From the NCBI GenBank assembly GCA_027046625.1, contig JALTXX010000009.1, forward strand, positions 1 to 15,402: a stretch of DNA of 15,402 nt, given 5' to 3'. The notes under the pieces were generated by a model. That model searched no databases and was not told the origin of the DNA. It saw only the letters and a list, made by a program, of their open reading frames with translations. How positions within the stretch are numbered: position 1 is the first letter of the stretch; every line of letters begins with the position of its first letter. A program made the translations under genes and the position numbers. Source of the stretch: Candidatus Micrarchaeota archaeon. Lineage in GTDB: Archaea > Iainarchaeota > Iainarchaeia > JAADDC01. Positions 9,183 to 15,402 of the stretch are shown here, in pieces.

Positions 9183-10055
9183 TTATGCATATCTAACAGT
9201 ATCACACACTCTCAATCCTTCTCCTACCAAACAAACCTTCATCTGTTCCACTTCTGTAGGTATTACCTTTAAGGGAACACCAACGAATGTGCATGAACCA
9301 CTCCCACCGGGTTCTACGTTAAACTTATCACACTTTAGCATAGGAAGAACTAGGTTCACCAATCCACTGCTAGTATCCACGGTAAAGCCATACTTTCTAT
9401 CTACTCTTGCGGATGCAAGCAACGTACCATCCCTTGTATCGTAAACCTGAAGATACATCCTCCAGAGCGGGAGGGGAGTATCCGGGGAGGTGTTTGTTAC
9501 AGTAAATCCTATGGGTATCTTTTCGCAGAAGAAGTTTATCTCGACGAGAGCATTTGAATCATTCCATCCACTTAACCATAATTCCCCCACATGCTCTCCA
9601 CCGACATTATCCGGCTGTAGGGGAGCCCATAGATCATACTCCACATCATCCCCCGTAATGTACTTCCATCCCCCATCTGGTTCTACAGATCCAGGCTGTT
9701 GATACATTCCTATATACGCTCTGCTCCATCCCTTTCTTGACATTAGACTCTTCAGAAAACCGTTTTGAGCGGTGTTTTTGGGTGTAGCAAGGAACATACC
9801 CCTCTCTTTACAATAATTAAACGCATCCACCCAGTTCATGGGGGTGGAAACTGCCACGTAATGGTGGAAGTATAGGTTACCTATGGCGTTTTTGGGTGGT
9901 TTCTCCCTGTAAGCATCAAACATTACTGTATATACCGTTCCTCCCTTGGGAGAACTTTCTAACATCTGAGAAACACCCATATAGAGCAACGCTCCAATAG
10001 CAACCACTATGGCAATCAACAGCACCGTTGCCACGATGGGTGAGATACCTCTCAT
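9183..10055 (-). CDS. Type IV pilin-like protein with C-type lectin domain, copy 1
   Basis: MRG/ISPIVATVLLIAIVV class III signal peptide. CTLD motifs: WVDAFNYC..G.FLA, AYIG, WKYITG, W...QPDN..GE, WND, FFCE. Confidence 0.88.
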   Translation of the reverse strand: MRGISPIVATVLLIAIVVAIGALLYMGVSQMLESSPKGGTVYTVMFDAYREKPPKNAIGNLYFHHYVAVSTPMNWVDAFNYCKERGMFLATPKNTAQNGFLKSLMSRKGWSRAYIGMYQQPGSVEPDGGWKYITGDDVEYDLWAPLQPDNVGGEHVGELWLSGWNDSNALVEINFFCEKIPIGFTVTNTSPDTPLPLWRMYLQVYDTRDGTLLASARVDRKYGFTVDTSSGLVNLVLPMLKCDKFNVEPGGSGSCTFVGVPLKVIPTEVEQMKVCLVGEGLRVCDTVRYA

Positions 10056-10110
10056 CCTAACGAAAAAAACGATGAATAAATACCTTTCGGTTGGGAATTG
10101 TTATGTATAA
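10027..10110 (-). repeat. Pilin 5'-end/promoter repeat, copy 1 (T7 tract)
   Basis: Near-identical to 11686-11771 and 13185-13268. Minus strand reads CCGAAAGG-TATTTATT-CATCG-T7-CGTTAGG-ATG. Confidence 0.95.
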
Positions 10111-10145
10111 TAACCCCTTATATATATCTCCTCCCATTTAATAGT

Positions 10146-10475
10146 ATGGAACCCCTTTCCACCATTAAGCGAATAATAGAGGAGGAAGCCTCCCGCCTCA
10201 ACATAAAAATAGAGAGGATTATCCTCTTTGGAAGCAGAGCAAAGGGAACAGAGAGAAAGGATAGCGATTATGACATTCTAGTAATTACAAAGGGACAGCT
10301 GCTGTGGCGGAAGAAGATGACATTCTATAGAAATGTTCATAGACGCCTTGTAGGGCTATTGAACAGTCCCGTAGACCTTCTAATAGTACCTTCGGAGTGG
10401 TTTTGGCAGCATGCTAAGATGCCAACCTCCTTTGAGGCCGAGGTGATGGAAACTGGCAAGGAGCTATCCGTGTAG
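10146..10475 (+). CDS. Minimal nucleotidyltransferase (MNT) of an MNT-HEPN pair
   Basis: ILFGSRAKG...DSDYDILV (GSx10DxD) and VDLL. ATG 10146 has a TTATATA box ~28 nt upstream. Confidence 0.92.
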   Translation: MEPLSTIKRIIEEEASRLNIKIERIILFGSRAKGTERKDSDYDILVITKGQLLWRKKMTFYRNVHRRLVGLLNSPVDLLIVPSEWFWQHAKMPTSFEAEVMETGKELSV

Positions 10476-10836
10476 ATGGTTGGAAAAAGCTAAGAGAGAC
10501 CTAAGAATGGCGGAACTTGCCCTTGAAGAGGATTTGTTTGATGAGTCTGCCTTCCATTCCCAACAAGCGGCGGAAAAATCTCTGAAAGCTATTGTGGCAC
10601 TTTTGGGCAAAAGACCACCAAAAACTCATGACATAGACGTTATACTTCAGTCATTAAGAGATTTGGGTGTTGAGTGTCCCTATGAAGATGTTTCAAGCTT
10701 GACGGCGTATGCAGTGGAATCCAGATATCCTGGGCCTCCAATAGTGGAGGAGGAAGCCAAAGAAGCCCTTAATATAGCAAAAAGGATATATAATTGGAGC
10801 AAGACTTTCTTCAAGAAGAGAAACATTGATTGTTGA
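10453..10836 (+). CDS. HEPN domain protein (partner of MNT)
   Basis: WLEKAKRDL, FHSQQAAEKSLKA, PPKTHDI and AVESRYP motifs. Start uncertain: TTG 10480 removes the conserved Trp, while CTG 10453 follows AGGTGA. Confidence 0.88.
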   Translation: MARSYPCRWLEKAKRDLRMAELALEEDLFDESAFHSQQAAEKSLKAIVALLGKRPPKTHDIDVILQSLRDLGVECPYEDVSSLTAYAVESRYPGPPIVEEEAKEALNIAKRIYNWSKTFFKKRNIDC

Positions 10837-10850
10837 ATGTTTAGGTTATG

Positions 10851-11714
10851 TCAAGTGGCGGTAGTATCACACACTCTCAATCCTTTCCCTATAAGGCATG
10901 CCCTTATCTCAGTGGGTTCGAATGTTATCATGAAGGGAATCGCCTGAAGCGTACAGCTTGTACTACCAGATGGGGGAACAGTGCCAATATCACATTTTAC
11001 AACCGGTATGGAGAGGGACTGTACAGTACCTCCTATGTTTACATCAACCCTGATTGGTTCTCCAATCTTTTTTGAGGTGATTGTGTCACCTGAGAATGTC
11101 TCCACTTTGAGTGTTGTATTTACAAGGTACAAATTCCTTGTAGAAGACTGGTTGGACACAGTAAACCCAACTCTAATCTTCTCACATATGAAGGGAAGAG
11201 GTACGGACCCATTTCTATCGTCCCACCCTGTGGGTGTTATGACGGCCACATCCTCCCCGTTAGCATCATCTGGCTTGCCACCCATCCAAAAATCACCCAC
11301 TATAGGATCTCCCGTAATGTACTTCCACCCACCATCTGGCTCTGAAGATTCAGGGGATTGATACACCCCTATGTATGCTGCACTCCACCCCTTCGAGCTA
11401 ACAATACTTTTCAGCACGCTGTTTTGGCCATCCGTTCTGGGAGTGGCAAGGAACATCCCCCTCTCTTTACAGTAATTAAATGCATCTACCCAGTTCATGG
11501 GGGTAGAAACAGGCAGGTAATAGTGTAGATAGTGTATATAAGCACCTTTGGGAGCATTTTGCCTATAAACATCTAATAATACCCCAATGGGAGAGGTGTT
11601 CTCCGTTGTAGTCTGCTCAGAAAGTCTTACCACACCCATGTATATGATTATCCCGAGTGCCAATACTGTGGCTATGAGAAGGAGTGTTGCCACGATGGGT
11701 GAGATACCTCTCAT
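10851..11714 (-). CDS. Type IV pilin-like protein with C-type lectin domain, copy 2
   Basis: MRGISPIVATLLLIA signal; CTLD with KPDD..GE, WDD and FICE; four conserved C-terminal Cys. Confidence 0.88.
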   Translation of the reverse strand: MRGISPIVATLLLIATVLALGIIIYMGVVRLSEQTTTENTSPIGVLLDVYRQNAPKGAYIHYLHYYLPVSTPMNWVDAFNYCKERGMFLATPRTDGQNSVLKSIVSSKGWSAAYIGVYQSPESSEPDGGWKYITGDPIVGDFWMGGKPDDANGEDVAVITPTGWDDRNGSVPLPFICEKIRVGFTVSNQSSTRNLYLVNTTLKVETFSGDTITSKKIGEPIRVDVNIGGTVQSLSIPVVKCDIGTVPPSGSTSCTLQAIPFMITFEPTEIRACLIGKGLRVCDTTAT

Positions 11715-11778
11715 CCTAACGAAAAAAAAACGATGAATAAATACCTTTCGGTTGGGAATTGTTATGTATAAGAGGTGT
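11686..11778 (-). repeat. Pilin 5'-end/promoter repeat, copy 2 (T9 tract)
   Basis: Same repeat with A9 at 11722-11730. Shares an extra plus-strand GAGGTGT with copy 3. Confidence 0.95.
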
Positions 11779-11782
11779 GGGT

Positions 11783-12076
11783 ATGAAGGAAAGATGGGAA
11801 GTAATATTTACAGAGGATGCGGTGAAGGATATCAAGCGATTGGTAAAGGGTTTGGGTAAGGAAAGGACGGAAAAGGTTCTAAAGAAGCTTGTAGCACTCC
11901 TTGAAAACTTGGATGATTATATTTCGCGGGTAAAGCCTGTGAGAGGTTTAGAAGGTGTGTACAGGGTTCGTATTGGAACCCTTAGGGTAGCTTTTGTGTT
12001 GGAGAGGGAAGAGAGAAAGGTGAAAGTAATTGCAATAGGGTTTAGAGAATCCTTCTATGAGAAGCTTATGCGTTGA
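11783..12076 (+). CDS. relE: RelE/ParE-family toxin
   Basis: WEVIFTEDAVKDIKRL...YRVRIGTLRVAF...VIAIGFRESFY. GAGGTG Shine-Dalgarno-like site at 11772 before ATG 11783. Confidence 0.88.
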   Translation: MKERWEVIFTEDAVKDIKRLVKGLGKERTEKVLKKLVALLENLDDYISRVKPVRGLEGVYRVRIGTLRVAFVLEREERKVKVIAIGFRESFYEKLMR

Positions 12077-12278
12077 GCTCTTTTAATACTTCGTCAAAGG
12101 TGTATGTTTTTACCTCCCCCTTACTCAGCCTATCTACCCTCCTTTTTAGCTCCTCTACCTCCTCTTCTGTCAGTTCATCCTCCATGAGGGATATGATGTA
12201 GTCTATCTTTTCCTCCAGTGCAGAAACCCTCCTTCTCAGCTCTTCTATTTCTCTTTGAACAGATACACCTACAGGCAT
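12066..12278 (-). CDS. Putative archaeal RelB-like antitoxin
   Basis: 70 aa, N-terminal coiled coil, then EDELTEEEVEEL...TYTFDEVLKEL. Has its own TTTTTA box 30 nt upstream and is adjacent to relE. Confidence 0.7.
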   Translation of the reverse strand: MPVGVSVQREIEELRRRVSALEEKIDYIISLMEDELTEEEVEELKRRVDRLSKGEVKTYTFDEVLKELNA

Positions 12279-12322
12279 ATAGCACTATATACAAAAAGTA
12301 TGTAAAAAGATTTTAGTGCGTG

Positions 12323-13213
12323 CTAAGTGGTAGTATCACATATCTTGCCTCCTATATTTCCTCCTGTCAAACAAACCCTTAGGTTTTCAACTCCTGGCTC
12401 ATAGCTAACATTAAACGGAATGGCCCACACATCACATGTGGCGGTTTCTTTCGGAGGAATATGGAACGTAGAACACCTCAATGCCCCTATATCCAGGGAG
12501 TAAACAGTGCCTCCGCTGTCTACTTTGATGATATATCTTTTATCTACCCTTACAGATGTTGCAGCCTCCGGCAAGCCTCCCGGATATATTTGCAGAGTTG
12601 CATTAGAAAAGTGAAGGAACTTGGAGGAATGAAGATTCGAGATGAGGAATCCTATCCTAATACCTTCACATATAAAGGGACGATTGGTCTCCCCGTTTAC
12701 ATCATGCAACCCCTCCGTCATGGGAGAAACCCCCACGGCACCCACATTCTCCTCTGGTTGAGAGATCTCTGGCTGCCCTGCTGCCCATAGGATGTCGGGT
12801 ACCACTTCTCCTGTTAGATAATACCATTTAGCCTCCTCCTTAGGAATACCCGCCTTTCGATAGATACCTATGTGTGCTAGCGTCCACCCCTTCTCCTTTA
12901 GAATGCCTATTAGCCTGTTTAGCTGATCCCTATTTCTTGGCATGGCAAGGAACATCCCCCTTTCCTTACAATAATTAAATGCATCTACCCATCTTATATG
13001 TGTGGAAACGGGCACGTAGTAGTGTGAAAAGAACTGGTACGACCCAGGCGGCTCCTTCTTTAGGTATACATCAAGGGTGAGAGGATGTGAACTGCTGCCT
13101 AGAGTGGAGGTACCCTCCACCATCTGAGAAACACCCATATAGAGCAACGCCCCAATAGCAACCACTATGGCAATCAGCAGCACCGTTGCCACGATGGGCG
13201 AGATACCTCTCAT
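12323..13213 (-). CDS. Type IV pilin-like protein with C-type lectin domain, copy 3
   Basis: First 31 aa identical to copy 1. CTLD with WAAGQPE, LHD and FICE; four conserved C-terminal Cys. Confidence 0.88.
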   Translation of the reverse strand: MRGISPIVATVLLIAIVVAIGALLYMGVSQMVEGTSTLGSSSHPLTLDVYLKKEPPGSYQFFSHYYVPVSTHIRWVDAFNYCKERGMFLAMPRNRDQLNRLIGILKEKGWTLAHIGIYRKAGIPKEEAKWYYLTGEVVPDILWAAGQPEISQPEENVGAVGVSPMTEGLHDVNGETNRPFICEGIRIGFLISNLHSSKFLHFSNATLQIYPGGLPEAATSVRVDKRYIIKVDSGGTVYSLDIGALRCSTFHIPPKETATCDVWAIPFNVSYEPGVENLRVCLTGGNIGGKICDTTT

Positions 13214-13275
13214 CCTAACGAAAAAAACGATGAATAAATACCTTTCGGTTGGGAATTGTTATGTATAAGAGGTGT
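13185..13275 (-). repeat. Pilin 5'-end/promoter repeat, copy 3 (T7 tract)
   Basis: Same repeat with A7 at 13221-13227. Confidence 0.95.
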
Positions 13276-13277
13276 TA

Positions 13278-14747
13278 TTATTGCCTGTGCTCAAAATAAA
13301 TGTGTTTGGAGCCTACGATATTCATTCTTTTGCCTTCAGACAGCGATATATCCTTAAAGAATACTAGTTTGGGGATGGATGCAGCCGCAGGCTTTGCACC
13401 CGCTGGCGGATCTATCTCATGATGGACTTCTATTCCGTGTTTGTTTAACGTTCTAATGGTATGGTGCAAAATATCCATCACACCATAGGATTTGTTTGGT
13501 ACAAAGAATAGCTTCCCATCTTTCTCATACCCAATGAGGGAAACCCTCCCCTTTACATTGTGATCTGCATCTACAGCAGCTACCATGAGTACCGGCCCTA
13601 ATATTGCGGCATCCAGATAAAGTCCCCCGTCCTTGCTAGACAGACAAGAGTCTAATACATTGGTGTAATGTACAATATCATAAACATCCTCTGATATTTT
13701 GAGCTTTGGAGGATTTACCTTCATCTTTGTAAGCCTTCTTAATATTTCAATGGTGTTCTCTAGACCAAGCTTCTGAGCGATACCATCATTCTCAAGAGCT
13801 TTCAGATCCCCCTCTGTTACCTTGGCAGTTTCCGGTCTTTCTACAAGCTTCCAGTACAGCCTCCTTATGCGTTTCAAAAATCTTCTCTCTTTTGTGTTTG
13901 AACCCTTCTTTCTGAATAGATTTTCCATCTTTGTAGCCTCTTTTAGCCTTTCTACATCTTTGTAATACGTCTTTGGAAGGGCGTCAAGATTTTTCCTGTT
14001 GATCTCTCTTATCTTTTTCAGTATTTCATCTCCTACCCCATAGGGTTGGAACTTAATCCTGAACAAGTCTACTGGATCCTTGTAAGTTTCTACTATTTTG
14101 GAAAGGCGAGGATTTAGTACATAGTATTCCAACATCGAGATAGAGTGTGGCACCTTTTTCCAATTTATAAGCTCCTCAGGAACATACACACTATGCTTCA
14201 AGATCCTATCCTTGACTTTCTCAACGAAGTCTAACACATCTCTTGCATTCTTTCCTACCTCCTCCAGATCTACCCCATACATTTCTGCCGATCTAAGCAT
14301 GTCCACACGTTTCAATAGGCTTTTATAGCTTCTTTTACCAAGCTTTATACCCTCTTCCTCAAGGATTTTACTGGTTTTTAGGAAAGTGTTCAACAAACCA
14401 GGCTCTCTAATTATCCTCTGGGTGAGGGCTTTATTGACAAGGTATCCCCTAGAGATATGCTTTAGGAGCGGATGTGCCGAAAAGATATTCATATACTTGC
14501 TTATTAGCTCAGCATCCCCAAAGTTTATTACCCTAGAAAACACCTCCACAGGATGATACCCCTTGGTTTTCTTAGGATCCACGTGCCATTTTACAATTTT
14601 TGTCCAAAATTCAGGCTCCTTCCCCATCCCTTTATCATGAAGCTGCTTCACAACCTCAATTTTGCAATCATCAGGCACCTTTCTTACCAGCCTGTCCACC
14701 TTCTTTATATCTCTCTCAAAAGAAGGGACCTCACATATTCTCCCCAT
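13278..14747 (-). CDS. Hypothetical protein (Lys-rich; C-terminal alpha/beta region with DSCLS motif)
   Basis: 489-aa ORF with GGAAAG-TTTTTATT 29 nt upstream of the ATG. No recognised family. Confidence 0.8.
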   Translation of the reverse strand: MGRICEVPSFERDIKKVDRLVRKVPDDCKIEVVKQLHDKGMGKEPEFWTKIVKWHVDPKKTKGYHPVEVFSRVINFGDAELISKYMNIFSAHPLLKHISRGYLVNKALTQRIIREPGLLNTFLKTSKILEEEGIKLGKRSYKSLLKRVDMLRSAEMYGVDLEEVGKNARDVLDFVEKVKDRILKHSVYVPEELINWKKVPHSISMLEYYVLNPRLSKIVETYKDPVDLFRIKFQPYGVGDEILKKIREINRKNLDALPKTYYKDVERLKEATKMENLFRKKGSNTKERRFLKRIRRLYWKLVERPETAKVTEGDLKALENDGIAQKLGLENTIEILRRLTKMKVNPPKLKISEDVYDIVHYTNVLDSCLSSKDGGLYLDAAILGPVLMVAAVDADHNVKGRVSLIGYEKDGKLFFVPNKSYGVMDILHHTIRTLNKHGIEVHHEIDPPAGAKPAAASIPKLVFFKDISLSEGKRMNIVGSKHIYFEHRQ

Positions 14748-14798
14748 GTATCTAGCATATATCCTCCAAATAAAAACTTTCCACCCTTTACTTTCTTT

Positions 14799-14882
14799 GC
14801 CGGGGTGGCCGAGCGGTCCAAGGCGTCGGACTTGAGATCCGATGGGATCACTCCCGCGCGGGTTCGAATCCCGCCCCCGGCG
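14799..14882 (+). tRNA. tRNA-Ser(TGA)
   Basis: Acceptor GCCGGGG/CCCCGGC+G discriminator, anticodon arm TCGGA-CT TGA GA-TCCGA, long variable arm. Confidence 0.95.
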
Positions 14883-14951
14883 CTATACTATGTGATATCA
14901 TCAGCAACCAGGAAGGTTTTCTTCGTAGAACTGGATAGAACTAAGAGAAGA

Positions 14952-15023
14952 TGGACCCGCCGGGATTCGAACCCGGGGCCTCCCGCACGCCAAGCGGGCG
15001 CTCTACCGCTGAGCTACGGGCCC
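14952..15023 (-). tRNA. tRNA-Ala(GGC)
   Basis: Acceptor GGGCCCG/CGGGTCC+A with G3:U70, anticodon arm CCCGC-TT GGC GT-GCGGG. TTTAAAA lies 29 nt upstream. Confidence 0.96.
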
Positions 15024-15269
15024 ATATATTATCCACCCCGATAGATTTTAAACCCTCTCCCCAACCTTCTCCTTCAACAACTTCTTCAGCCTAACATTGT
15101 CAATGTTAATCCACACATTTAACCTATTATCACAAATAGCTTCATCCCACTCGATGAAGTTTTAAGAAAAAGGAACAACAAATAGCTAAAACCCTCCTGT
15201 TGTGACCTCCCCATCGTCAAATACCTCTGGCATATTAATATAGGGTCACTCCTTGTATTTATACCTTAA

Positions 15270-15402
15270 TTACCAAGGTATCGGTGGTTTGAATTTATAC
15301 CTTACCTTCCTGTGTTCAGCAGATGCCAGCTCATCCATGAACATCTCATGGTGCATCTTCAATATCCTCCCTCCCTTGGCCTTGTTTATCATCCCCTCAA
15401 GC
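15270..15402 (-). CDS. C-terminal end of an unidentified CDS entering from the right edge
   Basis: Open frame ...LEGMINKAKGGRILKMHHEMFMDELASAEHRKVRYKFKPPIPW with TAA at 15272-15270. Confidence 0.55.
   Translation of the reverse strand, partial: LEGMINKAKGGRILKMHHEMFMDELASAEHRKVRYKFKPPIPW

Noticed and set aside
10084-10111. dif/pdif-like Xer site (TTATGTATAA right arm)
   Set aside because: There is no matching ...ATAA left arm at 6-bp spacing. The palindrome at 9175-9188 has only a 2-bp spacer.
10098-10145. TTG-start extensions of the MNT (10098) and RelE (11759) ORFs
   Set aside because: Both TTGs lie within the shared repeat. The downstream ATGs at 10146 and 11783 have a TATA or Shine-Dalgarno site and fit family lengths.
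10912-10923. GTGGGTTCGAAT matching the tRNA-Leu T-arm (possible attR)
   Set aside because: Only 12 nt, inside the pilin-2 coding sequence, and it does not extend into the acceptor stem. Likely chance.
9183-13213. Diversity-generating retroelement targeting the lectin genes
   Set aside because: No reverse transcriptase in the window and no TR/VR pair with adenine-specific mismatches. Differences between copies are general and include indels.
10027-13275. CRISPR array or IS terminal repeats
   Set aside because: The repeats are ~85 bp, 1.5-1.7 kb apart, in direct orientation and include coding sequence. No transposase or cas gene is present.
14799-14882. Selenocysteine or suppressor tRNA
   Set aside because: The anticodon is TGA (reads UCA, Ser), not TCA, and the acceptor stem is a normal 7 bp.
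14553-15044. 163-aa plus-strand ORF (likewise 9039-9272)
   Set aside because: It runs through tRNA genes and antisense to real CDSs; spurious.
15049-15235. Minus-strand coding-like fragments (MPEVFDDGEVTTGGF*; NFIEWDEAICDNRLNVWINIDNVRLKKLLKEKVGERV*)
   Set aside because: Possibly a decayed gene, but interrupted by stops, short and without recognisable homology; not supportable as a feature.

Overview
Archaeal chromosomal window. The archaeal-type genes, BRE/TATA promoters about 29-30 nt ahead of leaderless starts, GC-rich intronless tRNAs and K/E-rich compact proteins suggest a thermophile, possibly DPANN-like (lineage is inference only). The left two-thirds is housekeeping: archease, a ubiquitin-like sulfur carrier with TtuA/NcsA, argS, an HDAC-family deacetylase, prs, tRNA-Ile, an MDD-family decarboxylase next to isopentenyl phosphate kinase, peroxiredoxin and tRNA-Leu. 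The standout is 9183-13275. It holds three paralogous class III signal peptide (type IV pilin-like) genes, each with an inserted C-type lectin domain carrying a different sugar-binding motif (QPD/WND, KPD/WDD, QPE/LHD). Each is preceded by a near-identical ~85-bp 5'/promoter repeat whose poly(T) tract between TATA box and start codon is 7, 9 and 7 nt. Toxin-antitoxin modules (MNT-HEPN and a convergent RelE/RelB-like pair) sit between the copies. This looks like a mosaic, possibly phase-variable glycan-adhesin cassette array. The window ends with an orphan protein, tRNA-Ser, tRNA-Ala and a partial CDS. Several apparent small indels mean homopolymer-based claims need read-level checks.
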